Assembly: GCA_004431415.1 (NCBI GenBank)
Contig: QPMI01000174.1
Coordinates: 1-64,000 of the forward strand
Direction of reading: 5' to 3'
Source: Cyanophora paradoxa CCMP329
Lineage: Eukaryota; Plantae; Glaucophyta
DNA: 64,000 nt
Both the position numbers and the translations under genes were made by a program. This document shows positions 14,201-25,209 of this stretch, piece by piece. Every line of letters starts with the position of its first letter. Within the stretch, counting starts at the first letter, position 1. A model generated the notes under the pieces. The model was not told the DNA's origin and did no database searches. It saw only the letters and a list, made by a program, of their open reading frames with translations.

Positions 14201-17200
14201 GATCCGCGCACGCACCCCGCCATGAATTTGATCTGGATCGCGTTCGCCACGGCCAGCAGTGGCGCTGCGGGGCGGACGGCCGGGTCAGGCCGGGTGAGGC
14301 CTCCCCCCCCCCTTCCCCCCCCCCTCCCCCCCCCCCGTAGCCAGGAGATCCTGGAGAGTTCGACTTCGTGCGCACCGACGGCGAGGACGATGAGGGCGAG
14401 CTTCCAGCCGGAGACGAAGGCGATGACGAGGCCGCACACGAGCGTCGAGATCGTCTCGAACACCAGCCCGATCTGCGCCCCGCGCCCCGCCCCCCGGTGA
14501 GCCGCGCCGAGCGGGAAGGGGCGCGGGGGCGGACGCGGGCGGTGGTGGCGCCCTGCACGAGCGACGCGTCCGTCTGCAGGTTCGTCGTCACCTACGCGCC
14601 GGCCCGGGCCGCCCCCGTCAGATCCGCCCGTCCGGCGCCGGCGCGCGCCTCGCCGCGCCCGGCGCACGATGCGGGCCGAGTTCTTCTCGTCGTCGAACCA
14701 GCCAATGTTCTGCCGCAGGATCGCTCTGGACGGGGCCGTGAGATGTGAGGAGCGCGGGGCGGCGGGGCGGGGGCGGGGGCGGGCCGGAAGGTGTCGCCGC
14801 GGAGGTGGAAGGTCAGGTGCTCCCCGACGATGTCGAAGCAGGCGATCTGAGCCGGCGGGGGCCCCCGGGCGCGTCGGAGGAGGCGCGGCGGGGCGAGGAG
14901 CGGGAGGTGAAGCGGGGCGGGGCGGACGCGGAGGCTCTGGCAGACGAAGATGCCGGCGCCGAGGACGACGAACATGAGCGCCCAGAAGCGCGCCTCCGCC
15001 TCCGTCTCGCTCTGCGTCGGCGGGTTCGGCAGGTACGGCCTGCGCCGCGCCGCGTCCGTCAGAGCTCGAGGGGTTTGTCGGTCGAGGACGGCACTTGTAG
15101 AAGACGGTGAGGATCTCGGCGAAGATGATGGAGAAGACGGGGAAGACGGTGCCGCCCCCCAAGCCCCCGAGGGCCCCTGCGCAGGAGGCGGCGTCACCCC
15201 GCCGCGCAGCAGGCCGCCCCGCAGCCCCACCGCCCCGCCGGCGCGGGCGCACCGAGGACGAGGAGGCCCCACTTGTCGCCGACGAGCCCGAAGACGCGGC
15301 CCCACGGCACCCCCGACTCCTCCTTCTCCGCCTGCGCGCGAGCGTGGGCGGCGGGAGCGCGCGCCGCGCCCACCCGCCGCGCCTTCTTCTTCTTCTTCGC
15401 GTCGGCCTCGTCGACGGCCGCCGCGCCGGCCTTGCCGCCCCCGCCGCCGTGCTTCTCGTCGTGCTTGCCGTGGCCTGCCCCGCGTCGGCGCCGGCGTCGG
15501 CGGCGCGAGCGGGCAGGACCGGCGGGAGGCGGCGCCGGGCGGACCGTGGCCAGCGCCGAGGTGGAAGAGGCCGTGCCCGCGGTGCTTCTCCTCCTCCTCC
15601 TCCTTCGCGGCCGGCTGCGGAGAGTTCGAACAAGCTAAGTGGTTCAGGCCTCGAGCTCGAAGAAGCGGGGCACCATCGGGGGCAGGGCGTCGGGATCGGC
15701 CGCGGCCTCGGCGGCGCCCATCGCCTTGGCGTCGTGCTCCTCCTCGTGCTTCGCCGACTGCGCCGCCGCCCGGCTTCCGTCAGCGCAGGCCTTCGAGCGC
15801 CGGGGGCGGGGGCGGGGGCGGGGGCGGGGGCGGGGGCGGGGGCGGGGGCGGGCCTGGGCGTGGACGAGGGCGGAGTAGATGCCGCCCTTGGCCATGAGGC
15901 TCCCGTGCGTCCCCTCCTCCGCCACCACCTGCCCGCCCCCGCCCCGCCCCGTCAGGCCCCCGCCCGCCCCGCCTTTCCAGAGCCCGACGAGGCGACGACC
16001 GGGCGCCGGCGCACCCCGGCGTCGAAGACGTAGATGCGGTCCGCCTTCTGGATCGTCGAGAGCCGGTGCGCGATCACTGCGGGCGGGCGGTGAGGCGCCA
16101 GCGCCGCGCCGATCGGATGCCGCGCGGGCGGGCCCCCGCGCACCGATGGTGGTGCGGCCCTTCATGAGGCGGTCGAGGGCCTCCTGCACGACGCGCTCGC
16201 TCACCGTGTCCAGCGCAGACGTCGCCTGCGGGGCGGCGGTGAGCGGGGCGGGCACGGAGAAAAAGGGCGGGGCGGGCGGGGGCCTCGTCGAGGAGCAGGA
16301 TGCGCGGGTTCTTGATGAGGGCCCGCGCGATCGCGATCCGCTGCTTCTGCCCCCCCGAGAGCATCGCCCCTGCGCACCCATCCCGCCAGCTCGCGTCAGG
16401 GACCCGCATGCAGGCGCTTCGGGGATTATTCGGGGGGACCCGAAGCGGGCACCGATGTCGCCGACGTAGGTGTCGTAGCCCTTGGGCATCTTCGAGATGA
16501 AGTCGTGCGCGTTCGCCGCCTGCGAGCCAGCTGAGCGCCGCGGCGTTGCAAGGGCGGCGCGCGGGGCGGGCCTTGCAGGCGGCGACGATCTCCTCGTCCG
16601 TCGCGTCCTCCTTGCCCATCTGCGCGCGCGCGCCGGCCGCGTGAGTGCGTGCGTGCGCGCGCGCGGGGCGCCGCAGCCGGCGAATCCAGGCGGATCGGAT
16701 CCCGTTCGAATCCGTTTCGAGGGACCCGGCGCGCCTTAATGTTCTCGCGGATGGAGGTGGCAAAGAGTACCGGCTCCTGCGATGCCCCGAACGGTGAGGG
16801 TCGGGGTGCGCGGGGGGTCCGGCGGGGCTCGGCGGGCGTGCTCGCCTGGCCGACGAGTCCGAGCTGGGAGCGCCACCAGCGGACGTTGAGGCCCCGCAGG
16901 TCCCGCCCGTCCACCAGCACCTTTGAGGCGTGCAAAGTGAGGGCGGAAGCGGCGGCGGAGGCTCCGGGGGCGGGCGGGCGGGCGCACCGTGCCCTTGGGC
17001 GGGTCGTAGTACCGCAGGATCATCTGAATCGTCGTGCTCTTGCCTGCGCGGCCGGCTCACAAGGGAAGAATTCGAAAAAGCTCCTAACAAGGCGAAGATC
17101 TGCATTGGCCGCACCGCAGCCGGAGTGGCCGACGAGCGCAACGGTCTCGCCCCGCTTGACGCTCATGCTGCGCGCGGCGGGGCTTGACGCGAGCGCCCGG

Positions 17201-18624
17201 GGGCGGCTCGGGCGGCGCGCACGAGGCGCCGCGGAGGACGGGGACGTCGGGGCGGGTGGGGTACGTGAACTCCACGTCCCGCAGCTCGATGTCGCCCTGG
17301 GATCAAATCAGGAGGGCGCCGGATTCCGATCGGAGGCGGGCTTTTTTTTGGGGGTGGGGTGGGGGTGGGGTTACCGAGAGGTCGGGGAGTGTTTCCCCCT
17401 TGGAGTCGAACACGTCGATGCTGGCGACGGGGATACGCGTCGGCGGCGGACGCGACGAGACCGGAGGAGGCGAAGGGGGGGGGGAGGGGGGGGGCGGGGG
17501 GGGGGGGGAGGGGGTAAGAGAGGGGGAGGAGGGGGCGTGAAATGGTTTGTGCACCCCGAGGGCCGGTCGCAGATGGCGAAGACGGTGAAAGCGGCGCCTC
17601 GCCCGTCTGCGATGATCGGGAACGAGGGGGACGCTTGCCTGCGGGGGCCCCAGAATCGTTTCCGCGCAGCGCAGCAGAGCGAAGGCAGCCGAGCGGCGCA
17701 CCCGATGCCGAAGGCGCCCATGATGATCGCCTTCGAGGAGGAGGAAGGGGGAGGCGGGTTCCAGGCGCGTCAGCCGGCCCTCGGGCGAGCGCGGGGCCGG
17801 CGGCGCGGGGGCGTGCGCCGGGGCGCGGCGCACGAAGAAGACGGTGACGATGTCGCCACCGGTGTATGGCTTGCCCGTCGTGCTGTTCGTCACCTGCCGG
17901 CGGGCCCCGCATCGTCGTCGCACGAGGCGGTAGGGCGGGCCGGCAGGGCGGCGGCACCTTGTTGAGGATGAGCCAGGAACCGAACCAGAAGGCGAGCGCG
18001 TAGGAGCAGAACATCGTCTAAGGCGAGTGTGAGGGGGGAGGGGGGGGGAGGGGGAGGGGGGGCGTGGAAAGGGAGGGGGTACCAGCATCATGAAGCCGAC
18101 GGAGAGGCCGGCGCTGACGCCCTTCTTGACGCCGTGCGCGCGGGCGATCTTCAGGCTCTCCCGGTACCTTCCGAAGCGCAGGCGTCGGGCGGAGGCAAGC
18201 CCGGCCGCTTTCGGCGCGGCACCCCCGCGCCCCGCGCCCCGCGCCCCGGGGGCGCACCTCGCCTCCTCGCGCTCCTCTCCCGCGAAGCTCACCACCTTGG
18301 AAATACACTTGTCACATTTAGGCTTGCCGTGGGCCGGCGCGAGCTTTACGCACCGTCCGCACGCTGGTGACCACCTGCCGGGGCGAGCATCAGACCCAGG
18401 GGGCCCCTTCGAGGCGCCGGCGGGGGGGGGGGGGGGGGCGGGCCTCGTCGGCGACGTCGCCGGCCTGGGCGTAGGCCCCCTGCCCGCTCTGGCTCGCCTG
18501 GGTCTGCGGCGGCGGAGCGTGAGAAAGAGGGGCGGGAGGAGGGGGCTTGGAGTTCACGCGGGGTACCGCGCACCACGAACTTGCTCATGATCGCGCCACT
18601 CAGGCCGAGGATCGGCATGACCTG

Positions 18625-18659
<35 letters not shown>

Positions 18660-20206
18660 CGGGGGGCGGGGGGCGTCGGCGCGGGCGCGGGTGCGGGGGC
18701 GGGGGCATGGCGGAAAAGGGTCCCGCCGGGTCCGTACCCCGACGATGACGAGGGCGAGGTGCCAGCCCTTCGCAAAGCCGATGATGATGCCTGGGGCGCG
18801 AGGAGCCGCTCAGCTCAGATCTGATGTGATCCGACGATCAGGCGCGGGCGCACCGGCGAAGAACGTGGCGTTGTGGTGGATCACGGATCCCATCTTCTCG
18901 CCGATGCTGCGCCGCCGGCCTCGCCGGCCGCTCGGCTCCGGCGCGGGCGAGGCGCGGTGCGCGCGGGGGCGGGCGGGGGCCGCACGCGTTCTGGATGAGC
19001 TTGACGTCGGAGTTGATGCGGGAGGAGAGCTCGCCGGGCTTGTGGCCGTCGAACCACGCCACCTGCCGCCCCGCCGGCGCAGCCGGTCAGGCGCGGCCCG
19101 GCGGCAGGGGCGGGGCGGGGCGCGCCTCCTGCCGCAGCATGCTCTTGAGCAGCGCGGTGCGTATCCTCCGCGACTGCCGCTCGGCGTTCACCATCCAGAG
19201 GCCCGTCTCGAGCCTGCGGGGCGGGGCCGGCTGCTCGGGCGGGCGAGGCCAGGCGGATGCGCGAGGGTAAAACTCGGCCGCAGCGCACCACGAGGCGAAG
19301 AAGACGGCGATGCCTGCGGCGAAAACCCAGTTGTTCGGATCGGCCCGGCCAGGCAGGCAGGCAGGCAGGCAGGCCACGGATTACCGATGAGCACGAAAAC
19401 CACTGCGAAATACGAGACCTGGCCGACGATGTCGTTGCTGTTCAGGCCCTGCGCAGGTGGAGACACAATGTACACGTTAGCGGGCGGCCGGGCCCGCGCG
19501 GGGCGGCCAGGGCCGCGCGGAGCGACCGATGCGCACGTTCATTATCTCTCCCTGCGCACGACCGGGCAGGGGCGGGGCCGATAAGAGCCTCGGAGGCGGG
19601 CGGCGGCCGCCGCGCATTCGAAGGGCGCGCGCACGAAGATGAGGGAGAAAGCAGGCATGGCCGCGCCGTTGATGACCGCGCCCACGCTCCCCAAGAACAT
19701 GATGAACTGCCGGCGAGCCGGCTAAGCAGCGGAAGCGGCACGCGCAGATCTAGACAGGTCCGAAAGGCCCGAGCGGCGGCCTCGGAACGCGCACCTTGTC
19801 CATGGGAGTGGCAAAACGGAACAGTAGCGTGCCAAGAGACACCTGTCGAAGAGACATCTAGACCGGCATGCGGTCAAGGCGAGCGAGGGGGCACCATCTT
19901 GCTCGGGTCGAGCTTCTTCTTCTTCCCCCCCTCAGCATCCTGCGCGTCTGTACTCGCCGGCGCTGCAGCAAGAGGGAATGAGTATATGCGCCCGATGCGG
20001 CCGAGCCCGAGGCGGCCGCGGCACGCCGAGTAAGCGCTGCACGGGCGGCCGCAGCGTTGCGCGCCGAGCGCTCCAGACGTACCTAATTCTTTGGGCGCAG
20101 GCTCTTCGTACGGAGGGAGTGGGCTAGTCGGCGAGCGCCTCGCGCCACCCTCATCCAGCGCGAGCACGGCGGGCGCTGCTCCGGGCGCTGCTCCAGGCGC
20201 TGACAT
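11205..20206 (-). CDS. Full-size ABCB (MDR/P-glycoprotein) transporter, TMD-NBD-TMD-NBD, many introns
   Basis: Two NBDs with Walker A (GHSGCGKS, GPSGCGKS), signature [26 protein letters not shown] and [12 protein letters not shown] motifs [17 protein letters not shown] and WFDDEKNS. Start MSAPGAAP at 20206; last exon [13 protein letters not shown] ends 11205. Confidence 0.92.
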
Positions 20207-20333
20207 GTCCGACCAAGCCCCAGCTCTGGGCGCGACCAGGCTCGGCGCGGCTCACTCGAGCGCTGGCGTGACCCTACGTTCGTGCTGGCGAGACCCTTCG
20301 CACTGTACCCGTTTTTCAAGGGCAGTCGTACCC
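20207..20333. promoter_or_regulatory. Putative bidirectional promoter between divergent ABCB and ilvD start codons
   Basis: Only 127 bp separate the two inferred ATGs (20206 minus, 20334 plus). Confidence 0.45.
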
Positions 20334-23300
20334 ATGGCGGGATTCGTCGTCGGCCTCCCTGCGGCGGCCGTGGGCCAGCAGCGTTCGCCGGTCACTATTC
20401 GTGTGGCCAGCTCATCGCGGGCCGTTCTCCGCCAGACCAGCTTCCTCCCCGCGATCGAGAAGCGTGCTGGCGTCTTCCAGCTCTCCCAGGAGGCGGTCTC
20501 GGTCGTCGCCGCGCCAAAAAAGACCGACGATGCGGTCGCCTGCCGTTCGGAGCTGGACCAGCACCACTCCCCGTCCGCGAGCGGGACCAGTGCGGCCTTT
20601 TCGCTGGCCTCCCGTCCGATCCGCGACCCCAACGCGCTCCGGCAGCTGGCAAGAACCTCAAGATTCGCAGTGGCGCTCTGACGGGCACTCCCGGCGCCAA
20701 GGACTGGGCGAAGCGCAGTGCGGCCCGCGCCATGCTTCGGTGCGACGCCGCAGCCCAGCGTCTGCCCGTCCGGTGTTGACGACGAACCACTCCTCAGCGC
20801 GGTCGAGTTCACCGATGAGGACTTCAACAAGCCCATCGTCACCGTCGCGAACCCGTACACGACCGCGACGCCCTGCAACTCGCACCTCGAGAAGATCGGC
20901 CAGATGATCAAGGACATCGTGAAGGAGAAGGGCGGCATGCCGTTCATCTTCGGCACGCCCGTCATCAGTGACGGTCCGCGGATCGAATCTCGCCTAGCCG
21001 TCGCCTCGACACCGACTGCGCCGCGCAGGCGAGACTATGGGCATGGAGGGCATGCGCTACTCGCTCGTCTCTCGCGATCTGATCGCGGACTGCATTGAGA
21101 TGATGCACGAGGGCTACACGGCCGACGGCCTCATCACGCTCGGCGGCTGCGACAAGAGGTGCGGTTATCAGCGCTGTTTGCCGTGTGGGATCTACTTTGG
21201 CGCCCCGTTTATTCCATGGGGCTCTGCCTTCCGTGCGCGGGACCCATAGCTCTGCGGGCAAACTTCCGCTCCCCAGCCCTACTCACAGCGCCAGCGCTGC
21301 TTGTAGTTCGCGGGCGCCAACGGGCCGCGGCTACATAGGTTTTAGATCTCTCCTCGCCTCGCGTTTGCCCCCGTCATTACATAGGGCGCCGCTCGTTCGT
21401 GCGGCGACTCTCAGACCTGGCGGGAATAGCGATTGGTGGGGGGGCCCGTTGCGCGTGTTGGGGCGCGCCCCGCGCGGCTCCGACGCCGGCCCTCGCTCCT
21501 TACACACCTCTTCTCTCCTAGGATGCTAGACCTTGACGTTTAGCCCCCGTCATTACATAGGGCGCCGCTCGTTCGTGCGGCGACTCTCAGACCTGGCGGG
21601 AATAGCGATTGGTGGGGGGGGCCGTTGCGCGTGTTGGGGCGCGCCCCGCGCGGCTCCGACGCCGGCCCTCGCTCCTTACACACCGCTTCTCTCCTAGGAT
21701 TCTAGACCTCGACGTTTAGCCCCCGTCATTACATAGGGCGCCGCTCGTTCGTGCGGCGACTCTCAGACCTGGCGGGAATAGCGATTGGTGGGGGGGCCCG
21801 TTGCGCGTGTTGGGGCGCGCCCCGCGCGGCTCCGACGCCGGCCCTCGCTCCTTACACACCTCTTCTCTCCTAGGATGCTAGACCTCGACGTTTAGCCCCC
21901 GTCATTACATAGGGCGCCGCTCGTTCGTGCGGCGACTCTCAGACCTGGCGGGAATAGCGATTGGTGGGGGGGCCCGTTGCGCGTGTTGGGGCGTGCCCCG
22001 CGCGGCTCCGACGCCGGCCCTCGCTCCTTACACACCGCTTCTCTCCTAGGATTCTAGACCTCGACGTTTAGCCCCCGTCATTACATAGGGCGCCGCTCGT
22101 TCGTGCGGCGACTCTCAGACCTGGCGGGAATAGCGATTGGTGGGGGGGCCCGTTGCGCGTGTTGGGGCGCGCCCCGCGCGGCTCCGACGCCGGCCCTCGC
22201 TCCTTACACACCTCTTCTCTCCTCTTAGATGCTCCCGCCCTCACGAGCGCGTGCGGCCTCTGACTGCCTACCGCAGCATTCCCGGCGCGCTCATGCCGAT
22301 CGCTCGCAACAACGCCATCGGCGTGACCCTGTACGGCGGTGCGCGCGCGCGCGCGTCTGGCGCTGCCCTGGGCCGGTCGGTGTCGCGCGGCCTCACCGGC
22401 GCCGGGGCGCAGGCACCATCCTGCCCGGCCTGCTGCCGCCCAACAACGACCCGCTCACCGTCGTCTCCTCCTTCGAGGCCATCGGCGCCCACTCCGCCGG
22501 CAAGGTCCGTCCCCGGCGCCCCGGCAGCCCCGCCCGGCGGCACCGCGTCACCGCCGGCCCTCCCCCGCAGATGGACTTCGAGCAGCTTATGAACGTCGAG
22601 AAGCACGCGTGCCCCGGTGCGCTCCGCCGCGCCCTTGCCCGCGCGGCCCGAGGCCGATGCCTGCGCCCCCTCGCAGGCCCCGGCTCCTGCGGCGGCATGT
22701 ACACCGCCAACACCATGGCCTCCGCCATCGAGGCCCTCGGTCCGCCGCCCCCCCCCCCCCCCCCCCCCGGCGTCGCGCCGCGCCGACTCCGCCTGCGGCG
22801 CAGGCATGTCGGTGCCGTACTCGGCGTCGCACCCCGCCGTCGACCGCGCGAACAGCATCTCCGCCCGCAAGACCGCCGTGCGCGCCACCCGCGCTCGCTT
22901 CCCGGCGGAGCGCAACGCGCCAGTGACGGGGCGGGGCGTGGGGCAGGACTGCGTGGAGACCGTGAACGCGCTGATGACGTGCCTCGAGAAGGGCATCCGC
23001 GCCCGCGACATCATGACCCGCAAGGCCTTCGAGGTGCCCGCCTCGCAGCGCCCTCCCGCGCCGGTCCGCCCCGGCGCGCCGCCCACGGGGCCCTCGCGCG
23101 GCGCAGAACGCGATCACGGTGGTGATGGCGCTCGGGGGCTCGACCAACGCCGTGCTGCACATGCTGGCGCTCGCCCACGAGGCCGAGGTCCCGCTCACCA
23201 TCGACGACTTCAACAAGATCGCCGCCCGCGTCCCCCTCATCGGCGACTTCAAGCCCTTCGGTGCGCCCCGCGAGAAATGGCGGGCGCCGTGGGGCGAGCA

Positions 23301-23798
23301 GTGGCTGCGGCAGAAGTGCCGACGCTGGCGCGCAGGCAAGTACGTGATGGAGGACCTGGACAACATCGGGGGGGTGCCCCTCGTGATGAAGCACCTGCTC
23401 GACGCCGGCCTCATCCACGGCGACTGCATGACCGTCACCGGCCTCACCGTCGCCGAGAACCTCAAGGTGCGCGGCCCCCGAGCCGGGCCCCGCGGGAAGG
23501 AAGAGGGGGAGTGATGTGGGGCGGCCCGCCGCGGGGCTCGCAGCACGTTCAGCCGCTCCCGTCGGACCAGGACGTGATCTTCCCCGTCAGCAAGCCGTAC
23601 GCTGCGCCGCTGAAGCACATCATCGTCATGCGCGGCTCGCTCGCCCCGGAGGGCTCCGTCATCAAGCTCTCGGGCAAGGAGCTCGACCGCCACCGCGGCC
23701 CCGCCCGCGTGTACGAGTCGGAGGAGGAGGCGCTGGACGCCATCCTCGACGGCAAGATCAACAAGGGCGACGTGCTCGTCATCCGCTACGAGGGCCCC

Positions 23799-23830
<32 letters not shown>

Positions 23831-24335
23831 CCCCTCGGCCGCCCTCGTCGGCGCCGGGCTCGGCAAGGACGTCGCCCTCATCACCGACGGCCGGCGCGCC
23901 CTTGCTCGAGCTTCCCGCGCCGCCCGCCTCTTGACGGCTCCCTCCCCGCGCAGCTTCTCCGGGGGCACGCACGGCATCATGATCGGCCACGTCGCCCCTG
24001 AGGCGGCGGCGGGCGGCCCCATCGGCCTCGTCCAGGAGGGCGACATGATCGACATCCAGGCGCGGCGTACCCCCCAAGAGATCGTGCGGCGGCGCCCCTC
24101 TGACTCGCGGGCAGGTGGGCGCCCAGACCATCACCCTGGAGGTGAGCGACGACGAGCTCGCGAAGCGCAAGGCCGCGTGGAAGCCCAAGGACCCCAAGTA
24201 CAAGGTTCGCCCCCCTCCCCTCCTTTTTTGCAGTCCCCGTACCCCGTCCGACGCGGCGGGGTGCGGCAGCGCGGCGTCCTCTCGAAGTACACCAAGCTGG
24301 TGCAGTCGGCGTCCTTCGGCGCCGTGACGCACTGA
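20334..24335 (+). CDS. ilvD: Dihydroxy-acid dehydratase with N-terminal plastid-type transit peptide (multi-exon)
   Basis: Motifs [93 protein letters not shown] and GHVAPEA. Stop at 24333-24335. Confidence 0.95.
21368..22223. repeat. Intronic 176-bp tandem repeat, ~4.9 copies
   Basis: Unit starts CCCCCGTCATTACATAGGG at 21368, 21544, 21720, 21896 and 22072, inside the ilvD intron following the GGCDK exon. Confidence 0.95.
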
Positions 24336-25209
24336 GCTGCCTGCGACCAGCGTCTTTCGGCGCATCCGCACGCACTGTAGGGAATTTACTAGTAGATCAG
24401 AATTTGTTTTGCCAATCATGAGATGAGCTTTTTTTACCGAAGGCCGGCCCAGTATCCCCACCACTCTGTTTTGATATCGCTGCCCCGGCCTGCCAGAGGC
24501 TGCCACAGCTCTGAGAGCGTCGCTGAGAAGCGCGGCGCTGACCCCGCGCGCAGCTTGCCGCGCCAGCTTGTCGAGCCGGCGGCCCCGGGATTCTTGGGAG
24601 TAGGGACTCGGGATTCGGGGATCATCGATATCGGATTCGATTCGAAACTCGGAAATTCCGATCGCGAGTCGAATTCGAATCCTGGTCCCTGGATATGCTG
24701 CATCATGTGCATATGCAGGCGCCGGCGCTTGGCTGCAGGCTGCAGCCGGCTGCAGGCTGCAGCCGGCTGCAGGCTGCAAACTATTAATTGCGGCAGTTTT
24801 TGCCGGGGTACACATTTGCGAGAGATGCTTTTCCGGAAGGAATCCGAAAGCATTTGATCTCATGATCAGCGCTAGCTGGCCATGGATACCGCATGCGCAT
24901 GCAGCGCTCGCGCGCACGCAGAGGCATCGTGAAAAGCTACCGCTCGCGTCTTCAGTGAGCTGCGCCGCAGCCTGCGCGCGCGTCGCCGACTCTCCGATTC
25001 AACAGAGCTCGAGTGCGCCAGACCATCGCAGCTGCAGCACGGCGCGCGGATCGGCCTGCAGTTCGCCGCTCGCTTGAGACCTATCAGTGCGAGCGCTGTG
25101 AGAGCCTCGCCATCGTAGCGCTGCAACCCTTGCCATGGACGCGTTCAGATCTAGATGCACGTGCACGCGCGGCGCCAGCGGCGGCCGCGGCGGCCCCGCC
25201 GTCGACGCC

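Noticed and set aside
21368-22223. 176-bp array as CRISPR or an RNA gene cluster
   Set aside because: Head-to-tail near-identical units without unique spacers; no recognisable tRNA, 5S or snoRNA hallmarks.
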